Positions 56,870 through 64,000 of a DNA stretch of 64,000 nt are shown in pieces. Position numbers and translations under genes: made by a program. Below the pieces are notes generated by a model. That model saw only the letters and a program-made list of their open reading frames with translations. It searched no databases and had not been told where the DNA came from. How positions within the stretch are numbered: position 1 is the stretch's first letter; every line of letters begins with the position of its first letter. Origin of the DNA: an uncultured delta proteobacterium (GTDB lineage: Bacteria; Desulfobacterota; Desulfobaccia; Desulfobaccales; 0-14-0-80-60-11); NCBI GenBank assembly GCA_963705115.1, contig CAVPIX010000016.1, positions 579,051-643,050 of the forward strand, given 5' to 3'.

Positions 56870-59725
56870 AACGTTCACGGCAGGATGGCAGGGCGCGCTC
56901 GGCCTGCCCTGCATGTCCCTGGTGCCGGCAGGCCGAGCACGCTTTGCCCCGGCCCGTCTGGCTTACAAACTTCAACTAACCAGACAAGAGGGGGGGTCCC
57001 TTTTCGGTTCCCACAGGGGGTCACTTTTAGGTTCCCATTTACAATCCTCGCACAAATCACATGGCTGAAAGCGCCCACTTCCACTTTTCGAGTGGTCATC
57101 AAGCCCACATTTTGATTGTCAATCATATTTGACATGATAGCGGTTGCCGGCCGCGCAATGAAACCTTTGGTTCTGCCAGTGTAGTAGATGAAACGTTTAT
57201 CGAAGGGGCGATATAGAATTGGTTTGATCAGAGCCTTAGACAAGGGACTTGACCGAATATCCCTCCTTGGGCGAGCGCAACCTTCCAATCTTGCACATCA
57301 TTTCTAAGGTTAAACTCCTCACGCGCTTGCTCCTCGTCTAGTTCGGCAAATCTCTGGACACGCGTCCAAATCTCGTCGAGATTAATGGCAATCGTTAAAT
57401 GATCTCTTAGCTGTTACAACCCCCACAGAATGGAGAATCGTTGCCTCTGAAAGCAAAGGCATAAGCTCAAATTCTTCTCGGTGTGTTTGATCTTGGGCAA
57501 TAAAAAGGTAGAATGGGTTGCTTGGCCAGAGCTTATCGCACACAAGTGAATGCACTGAACTGGTAGTGAGGGAAAGATATTTCTTTCGCGACTGCCAAAT
57601 AAATCACCATGCATTACTGACGTATTTGATGATTTTGCTACCAACGTTCTGACAAAAAGGCCGACGGCAACCCCTTGCTGAATGTCAAAAACGTTTGCAT
57701 CGGGAGTTCCATCTGGGGCTGTTTCCTTTTTTTTGGTGTTGCCGTGGAGGTTGATTAACTGGCACCGCTGGAATGAGTTCAACAAACTCTTCCTCATCCC
57801 CCTGAATGTTGGATTATCCAAATACCCGTGATTTGTTATGTAGCCAAGGACTCCATGGCCAGCGTGTTCAACAAGTAGTTGGCCCAAACGGATAAACTTT
57901 ACATAATCATCTTGAAGCCAGAGTTTCTTCTCGCCAAGAGGTTCTCCATCGATGGTCTTGTAGGAATCGACCAAATGAACAGCATGTTCAGAATTGTTTG
58001 ATGAAACACCCGCATACGGCGGATTGCCAATGACAACGGTGAAGCGCTGGCAACGTTTGATGGTATTGACTGCTTGGGCTTCGTGGTCAAGGGCGGGTAT
58101 CATAGAAGCAAATCGGCCCGAGAAGTCATGAGCCGGCTCCAAGGCGTTCGTCAGGTAGACGCGCACGCGCTCCATCGCTACCGAAATGGTAACCCGTCTC
58201 ATAAAGCTTGAGCCCGATCTTCATGTGGGCAACGGCGTAGGGGGCCATGAGCAGTTCGTAGCCGTAAAGCCGAGGGAGGAGGTTCCGAGGGACATAGTCA
58301 TTCCAGAGGTGTTCGATTTCTCTGGGGCTGCACCCCTGGTCCTGCCACTTCTTAGTCATGGTTTTATGGATGAGGTCGATGACCTCCACGATAAAAGTGC
58401 CGGTGCCGGTGGCCGGGTCCAGGATTTGGACGAAGGGTTCCTCGGGCTTGGTGCCTTCCGGGATGGTGAGGCCCTCGTGACGCTCTACCATTTCACCCCA
58501 GGTGGTCGTGTCGGCAAGGCCGTCGGTCAAGCCAAATTCGGTGCGCAAGAGATCATCTACCGAACGGACAATATAGGAGACCACCGGCCGGGGGGTATAA
58601 AAAATTCCCCGTTTCATCTTCTGTTCGGCATCATATTCCTTCAGGAAGAGTTCGTAAAAGTGGATGACCGGGTCCTCTTCGGGCTTTAAGTCTCCGAAAT
58701 CCCGGACCACGGCTTCCATGTTGGCGGCGTCCAAGAGCTCCACCACCTCGCTCACCCCAAGCTCATCGAAGTCGATACCAGGGCCCTTGCCGACCTTCCC
58801 TTTGCGGCCCCCCACGTCCAGAAAGGTCTCCATGAGCTCTTTAAGGAAGGGATTGGTGACCGGCATCTGAGCTGCCAGATCGTCGGCGGTCTTGCCCTGA
58901 GGGTTTTCTACCCGAGCCGAGAGGAGGCCGTAAGCGATAGTTTGGGCATACATATCCGCAAAGCCTTCAGCGTCCAAGTCGTGGACCAGGGCCTCCTGGA
59001 AAGCCTTCATGATTTTGGTCAAGGGGCCATCCTTGGTTTCGATCTTCAGGATGGTCCTGATGCGGTCCCGGATGGCCCGGGCCAGTTCAGCCAAGCTTAC
59101 GGCCAAATCCCGGGAAGTATTAATAACCTCCTGGTGGCGCAGGGTGAAAGCCTCCCGCCAGATCCTGCGCCAGTCTTCCAAATCATCCGGATCATCCGGC
59201 CAGGATAGCCTTCCAACCAGCATTTTCGCCACATGGTCGAGGTGGAGAGGAGTGTCCAGGTTGTCCCAGCCGAGGACCTTGAGGGTGGGCAAATCATTCT
59301 TCCGGCCATGCTGGGCGAAGTGCGCAAAGCTGATGTGCCGGTCGCCCCCCTCGCCGTAGTTGGAGATAAAGAGCAAGTCGTCAGCCTGCCAGGCGGCGCT
59401 CTCAGCCCTGTTGGCCGAAGCCCGCTTCTTCAATACTACCCGGCTCAGGATGCGCCGCAGGGCCACAACGGGAAGGCGCTTGGGCTCAAACTTGACGAAG
59501 AAGATGCCCCAGGGCTGGTTTACATCCAAGGGGCGCAGACGTTTGATCTCCTGGATCTTGGCGGCGTTGGCTGGGTCGATGCCGAGCTCCTCGGGGGAGT
59601 AATCGAAGGTCAGTTCCTCGAAGTCCTCGTCAAGAATCGGCCAGTCCAGTTCATCCCGCAGGAACTTGATCAGGGACGGAAAGGTGCGAATCTGCCGCAA
59701 TCTCTCCCGGTAATCCGTCATTGGT

Positions 59726-62700
59726 TCACCCCTCGTTCAGCTCCATCCAACACCTGAGCTTCGGCTTGACCCCAACGGGGGCGTCAACCCGCTTGAGATA
59801 GGTATTTTTGATGTGCTTGAGCATCTTATTCCGGAGGTCTTTCAGGGTCTTTTGTTCGGTAACGCACTTGCGGGGAGTGCCGGGCTTGGAGCGGATACTG
59901 TCGATGATCTCCCCTGGCTCTTCGAGGATGGTATCCCGGTCCAGGTCATAGAGATACCAGCGGGTTGTCCCGGCTTCCTCGGTGAACTCGCCGGTCTCTT
60001 TGTCCAACGCGGGTAGGCCATAGCAGAAAAAGACGCCCCTGACCCCTTTGGCGGGACGTTTGCGACCGCTGAAAATGGCACCTGGAAAGCCGTTCAGGAT
60101 GCCGATGAGATCAGGATTTTCCTGAATCAGGGCCTGATACTCAAGATGCATCTCCTCGACGGCGGTCTTGGTTCCCTCATAATCGTGATTGAACTCTTTG
60201 AGAGCCTCAAAGTCGTCCTCAGGTCTGAGCAACTTCTTGCCCTCGATGCCCATGGTCTTGGAGATTAAAAGAGTTTTTTGGGTGACGATGCGGTAAAGCG
60301 CCAGGATGGCGTTCAGCTCATCCGGAGGCAGGAAGTTCCAGAAGGACACTCTGCCCCGGGACGCAGCGACCTCAGGATGGTCCTGAGTCAGTTTCTTTTC
60401 CACCGCGGGACTCATGCGCCGGTCCACGCGGCCGATGCGCTGCATAAGGCGGACTGGATTCCAATGAATATCATAGTTGATCATCCGGGAAGCATCCTGG
60501 AGGTTAAGACCTTCAGAAAGGACGTCGGTGGAGATGAGGACGCGGGTCTCCGTTAGGCCCTTGGCCTTGAGTTCGGCGGAAGTGGCGCCGTTGTAATAGG
60601 GGGAAAAGCTCCGAATGATGTCGGCCCGGTTGCCCTTGCTGGAGCTGTCGACCTGGGCCACTCCATCGATACCCGCTTCCTGGAGTTGGCGGTGGAGATA
60701 GCGGGCCGTATCCGCGAACTCGGTGAAGATGAGGACCTTTTGGCCTTCCAGGTCTTTGGATTTGAGGAGACGGATGAGCTTTTTCAACTTATCATCATGT
60801 CGGGGCTCAAACTTTCTGGTCTCCTCAAGAAAGCTGGCGATCTGATCGAGATCCAGAAAGGTCTCCTGCATAATCTCAACGACCTCGTATTCGTCGCGGC
60901 TCAGCTTAGTAACGGCTTCGAGGAGTTCCTGCGGGACGATATCCTCGTCCACGTCTTCAAGTTCCTCCTCGTCCCAGAACGAACGCTGTCGCTGATGAAC
61001 ATAGCCCAGGACCTCGGCGTGCTGCTGCTTCCAACGCTCCAGGCGCTTCTTCTCGGCATCTGTTTCGCTGTGGACCTCTAAAAAAGCCAGTAGCTTTTTG
61101 AGCAAGCGGTCACAGGAAAACTCAAAGGCATTGACGGAACTTTCAAACCGTTTCAGGAACTGGGTGCGGATCAGGCTGATTACCTGCTTTTGGCGATTCT
61201 CCACCCAGGGATCGATGCTCTTATCGTCGCCTTTGTAATACGCCAAGGGGTAATAAATCGGGAGGCTAAACAGAGGATTCTTCTTGGCGAAGGCCTTCTC
61301 GAAGAGCTCCAGGAGACGGCCATAGGTCTTGCGAATGGAATACTCGGCTACGGCCGGGGCTTTCCTCTCCGGAAAAGCGGCAGACGCACCGGTCTCTCGA
61401 ATCTGGCTTTCGCGGGCATAGGCCCGGCTGCGCTGAACAACAAGATGCCGGAAAATATCATCGCCAGCCAGGGTCTTCTGGGCCTCGGCTAAATTCTCCC
61501 CAAGATCCAATCCATCTCCACCAAGGCGCTTATTGAGTTCTCCCTCCATGCGGTTGAAATGAGCGCGCAGATTGTGCACGCCTAAGGTTCGGGCAAAGTA
61601 GGCTTCGTCCCTCCGGGTAAAGAGCTCGGCCATGTGGCGAAAATCGGCGAGCCTATTATTAATCGGCGTGGCCGTCAGCATGAAGACTGTCTTCGGCCGA
61701 ATGGAGTCGTCAAGCAGATCGAAGAGCTTGTAATAACGTGACCGGAAATCGTCATTTTCAGAGCTCCCTTGCCTACCGGGGTTTCGAAAGTGGTGGGCCT
61801 CGTCGATGATGACTGCGTCTGCGAGCTCGGCGATGCGAAGAAACCTCTCTGGAAAGTCGCCCTTCCGGCCAAGGTCCGTGTGGCTGAAAACCGCGAGATT
61901 ACTGAAATCGGCTCCGCCCCCAACCCCTCCGATGTGAGGAAGATACTGGTGCAAATGCGGCTCCCAGACACCTTCCTTGGTGGGCTTTGGGGCAAAGAGG
62001 ACAACACGTTTCCCCTCATGCAAAATCAGGCGCTCGATGAGCATCAGCCCCACGAAGGTCTTGCCGAGGCCCACCCCGTCGCAGAGGAAGGCGCCACCAT
62101 GTTGTCGGGCGATCTTTACCAGAGCCCAGTAGGCTTCTTTCTGATAGCGGTCGAGCCTCCCAAACATCTTAGAGCGGGCCTCTTCCCACTCGCTGGCGGT
62201 TATCTCGTGCCCACGAAAGAACTCATGCAGGGCTTTGGCATAAATGTCAAAGGGAGTATAGGCGTGAATGTGCCGGGAGATGAGACTCAGCACGTCATCG
62301 GTGATTTCCTTTGCCTCCTCCCAATGGTGATCGAACCAATCTTGAAGCTGAGCAACCTCCCGACCGCTCTGAATTTGGACATTGAGCTCTATGTTTTCGG
62401 TAAGTCCCGGCCGGGTGAAGTTGCTGGATCCAACCAGAGCCTGTGCACCGACCACGTCAAGTTTGGCGTGGGTGATATAGGCCTTGGCGTGGAACTTATC
62501 TCGGTCATAGACTCGACACTCGATTTGGCGTGACTTGAGGGCCTTGGTGATCGCCGGGACCCCATCAAGGAACGGATTGGCTTCCTTCTCGGCTTCAAGG
62601 CTCTCGTCCAGACTCTCAGTGGCCTTTGCCTTAACGGCCTCGAGAAGAGCCTTCCTCGTGCGTTGGGTCGTCTCGGCGCCCATTAAGACACGGATCTTCT

Positions 62701-62875
62701 CCAACCCTTGCCATTTGCCATCAAGTTCGAGCAAAGAGCCGATCTCGAAGAATCCTGTGCAAATATCGAAACTCTTGGCGATCCCCGTCCATTCCTCGAG
62801 GTAACGGAGACCGGTCCAGCCGGATACACTGTTGTCGACGATGAAGAGGGCGCCGCCTTTCCGCTCGATTAACAT
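59726..62875 (-). CDS. PLD-family nuclease domain fused to SNF2/DEAD-like helicase (YeeB-like partner of the methyltransferase)
   Basis: 1049-aa uninterrupted ORF; HKD motif FHAKAYITH...GSSNFT; helicase motif I DGVGLGKT, motif II IIDEAHHFRN, helicase-C (HWNPVRLMQRIGRVDR). Stop is 4 nt before the methyltransferase ATG. Confidence 0.9.
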   Translation of the reverse strand: MLIERKGGALFIVDNSVSGWTGLRYLEEWTGIAKSFDICTGFFEIGSLLELDGKWQGLEKIRVLMGAETTQRTRKALLEAVKAKATESLDESLEAEKEANPFLDGVPAITKALKSRQIECRVYDRDKFHAKAYITHAKLDVVGAQALVGSSNFTRPGLTENIELNVQIQSGREVAQLQDWFDHHWEEAKEITDDVLSLISRHIHAYTPFDIYAKALHEFFRGHEITASEWEEARSKMFGRLDRYQKEAYWALVKIARQHGGAFLCDGVGLGKTFVGLMLIERLILHEGKRVVLFAPKPTKEGVWEPHLHQYLPHIGGVGGGADFSNLAVFSHTDLGRKGDFPERFLRIAELADAVIIDEAHHFRNPGRQGSSENDDFRSRYYKLFDLLDDSIRPKTVFMLTATPINNRLADFRHMAELFTRRDEAYFARTLGVHNLRAHFNRMEGELNKRLGGDGLDLGENLAEAQKTLAGDDIFRHLVVQRSRAYARESQIRETGASAAFPERKAPAVAEYSIRKTYGRLLELFEKAFAKKNPLFSLPIYYPLAYYKGDDKSIDPWVENRQKQVISLIRTQFLKRFESSVNAFEFSCDRLLKKLLAFLEVHSETDAEKKRLERWKQQHAEVLGYVHQRQRSFWDEEELEDVDEDIVPQELLEAVTKLSRDEYEVVEIMQETFLDLDQIASFLEETRKFEPRHDDKLKKLIRLLKSKDLEGQKVLIFTEFADTARYLHRQLQEAGIDGVAQVDSSSKGNRADIIRSFSPYYNGATSAELKAKGLTETRVLISTDVLSEGLNLQDASRMINYDIHWNPVRLMQRIGRVDRRMSPAVEKKLTQDHPEVAASRGRVSFWNFLPPDELNAILALYRIVTQKTLLISKTMGIEGKKLLRPEDDFEALKEFNHDYEGTKTAVEEMHLEYQALIQENPDLIGILNGFPGAIFSGRKRPAKGVRGVFFCYGLPALDKETGEFTEEAGTTRWYLYDLDRDTILEEPGEIIDSIRSKPGTPRKCVTEQKTLKDLRNKMLKHIKNTYLKRVDAPVGVKPKLRCWMELNEG

Positions 62876-62928
62876 TGGGTCTCTTTTCTCAGTCCCGTTT
62901 GGATTTAAAAATTAGTAGTCGTCACTCA

Positions 62929-63069
62929 TCATGTAAACCGGCAAGCCGAGGCCCTATTACTTCCGCAACTCTGGGGGTGCGTGATAGGGGCAACCAGCTT
63001 GGCCTTGGTTTCGGCTTCACTCAGGCACACATTCAACACACTCTTGGACTTGGTTTGGTTTTTCAGCAT
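62929..63069 (-). pseudogene. 46-codon fragment resembling the N-terminus of type I/III restriction-enzyme R subunits
   Basis: MLKNQTKSKSVLNVCLSEAETKAKLVAPITHPQSCG...; the SEAETKAKLV-P-I string matches the HsdR_N-type opening (SEA-TRAKLIDP) as I recall it, then the frame degenerates and stops. Confidence 0.3.
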
Positions 63070-63404
63070 CTTCTACTAATTACTTTATGCCCCAGTATAG
63101 GGTCGGTGGTCAAATTATTTTAAGAAGTGGCTTATGGCGGGCTTGATTCGGTCAGTCACTGATCCCCGGTCCCCTTTTCTTGCCATCGCGTCAATCGGCC
63201 CTCCCGGGGGTTTCCACCCAGTCAGTCGGGGTATCATGAGCAAGGAAGACAGGACAAAAATGAGATGTTTTTCTCGTCATCCGGAAGTTGATTGTTCCCC
63301 CTGGCAAAGGAATTAGTGTCTACCCTGGCAAGACCCAACCTCATTGACAACCTCTCCAGTTGTGAAATAAGTGGAGCTACTATCTCTTATAAAGTTCAAA
63401 ATCC

Positions 63405-64000
63405 ATGAAAGTCTGCCCATCCTGCAAAGCCAGATATTCGGATGAAGACCAATTTTGTTCCAGGTGTGGTTCCAATTTGGTCCAGAAACCCTTGGAGGAA
63501 CAAGAACCTTTTAGGCAGGGGAAAAGAGTCAATTTATTCCTGATCTATGTGCTTCCCACCATTCTTCTTGTATCTATTGTGGCCGGGGTTTTTTTCTACC
63601 TAAATTACGGACCCAGTAAGACTCTTCCAGTTCATCAACCAGAAAAGTCAGAGGAGACAGATAGTTCCAAGGCAAAACCCAAGGTTGTCCCAGAAATAAC
63701 TTCTGAAGGTTACGCTCGCCTCATAAAAGAAGTACAGCCCGCTATTGTCACCATAAAAACTTATGATCGATCAGGCGAAAAACGAAGCCTTGGCAGTGGA
63801 TTTTTTATCAATGATAAAGGACACTTAATTACAAACTATCATGTATTAAAGGATGCTTATTATGCCATCATAAAGTTTCCAGATGGCAGGGAAATCAAAA
63901 TCTATACAGATAAGGCGATTGGAATAGATCGAGAGGCAGATTTGGTAAAGATTAAAGTTAAGTTACAAAAGCCTTCTCTCAATTACTTAAAGATAGCCGA
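63405..64000 (+). CDS. zinc-ribbon / single-TM / trypsin-like (S1C, HtrA-like) serine protease, 3' end outside window
   Basis: Not in the track (no stop in window). MKVCPSCKARYSDEDQFCSRCGSNL (zinc ribbon), TM LFLIYVLPTILLVSIVAGVFFYL, then protease-domain start AIVTIKTYDRSGEKRSLGSGFFINDKGHLITNYHVLKD...DLVKIKV. Confidence 0.75.
   Translation, partial: MKVCPSCKARYSDEDQFCSRCGSNLVQKPLEEQEPFRQGKRVNLFLIYVLPTILLVSIVAGVFFYLNYGPSKTLPVHQPEKSEETDSSKAKPKVVPEITSEGYARLIKEVQPAIVTIKTYDRSGEKRSLGSGFFINDKGHLITNYHVLKDAYYAIIKFPDGREIKIYTDKAIGIDREADLVKIKVKLQKPSLNYLKIA

Larger units (their letters stand above)
54462..57043 (+). mobile_element. IS21-family insertion sequence (2582 bp), intact, with 7-bp target-site duplication ATCCTCG
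   Basis: Ends TGATTTTGCTAACCTAAAAATGACCCCCC... (left) and ...GGGGGTCACTTTTAGGTTCCCATTTACA (right) are inverted repeats, with internally repeated GGGAACC-AAAAGTGACCCCC motifs at both ends. ATCCTCG occurs at 54455-54461 and 57044-57050. Removing the IS and one duplicate rejoins the methyltransferase reading frame. Confidence 0.9.
53622..59721 (-). pseudogene. type-ISP / YeeA-like N6-adenine DNA methyltransferase, disrupted by at least five frameshifts and an IS21-family insertion
   Basis: Pieces in order on the minus strand. 58126..59721: N-terminal domain, SAM-binding ILDPATGTGTF. 57414..58202: motif IV VVIGNPPYAG, NVFDIQQGVAV. Other-frame segments: KLWPSNPFYLFIAQDQTHREEFE, RDHLTIAINLDEIWTRVQRFAELDEEQAREEFNLRNDVQDWKV. 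56875..57288: ILYRPFDKRFIYYTG. IS at 54462-57043. 53622..54374: C-terminal domain FHYAYAVLHSPKYRSRYSEFLKIDFPRLPL ... FHIGGYQVCQKWLKDRKGRTLS. Confidence 0.85.

Overview
High-GC bacterial chromosome segment. For example, 41 of the 60 nt at 46261-46320 are G+C. The gene content looks like an anaerobic, Desulfobacterota-type organism, but that taxon is inference only.

Positions 1 to about 50.3 kb are core chromosome:
- pcm and mreB-mreC-mreD-mrdA
- the origin-linked cluster rpmH-rnpA-yidD-yidC-jag-mnmE-rsmG (no mnmG)
- a second, signal-peptide-bearing pcm, panE and phoU
- dnaA, convergent with phoU and overlapping it
- a GNAT gene and a DUF1343/NamZ-like gene
- a PhnD-like binding protein, a Cys-rich histidine kinase and a response regulator
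- an RND efflux operon, a K+ channel, a Ca2+/H+ exchanger, a cupin, an FAD oxidoreductase and a NUDIX gene
- an EF-G paralogue, ndk, thiL, a flavin reductase, nfi and an ALDH-family gene
- an HdrD/DsrK-like Fe-S protein, prfB with its programmed +1 frameshift, cobU-cobT-cobS, cobO and a radical-SAM enzyme

After tRNA-His (50261-50338) the composition becomes mosaic and AT-richer. This region holds a tandem-USP gene, two AT-rich orphan genes, and a type-ISP/YeeA-like DNA methyltransferase. The methyltransferase is broken by several frameshifts and by an intact IS21-family element with a 7-bp target duplication. Its partner PLD-nuclease/SNF2-helicase gene is intact. A zinc-ribbon/TM/trypsin-like protease gene runs off the window end.

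Most noteworthy observations:
1. Two in-frame TGA codons look like selenocysteine sites. One is in the HdrD-like protein (...LLPE-U-GH...). The other gives a U-V-G-C motif in a small HMA-fold-like protein. Each has a downstream hairpin.
2. The tRNA-His island carries a co-directional helicase-nuclease / methyltransferase / two-orphan cassette.
3. Nearly every intergenic region is filled with GC-rich hairpin repeat families. One is a ~250-bp MITE-like nested-palindrome element with terminal inverted repeats and a covarying central hairpin.
4. mreB and the efflux outer-membrane factor have apparent single-base frameshifts, a cupin gene has an in-frame TAG, and rnpA has no canonical start codon.

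Many long ORFs in the supplied track are antisense or repeat-derived artefacts of the high GC content and were not called.
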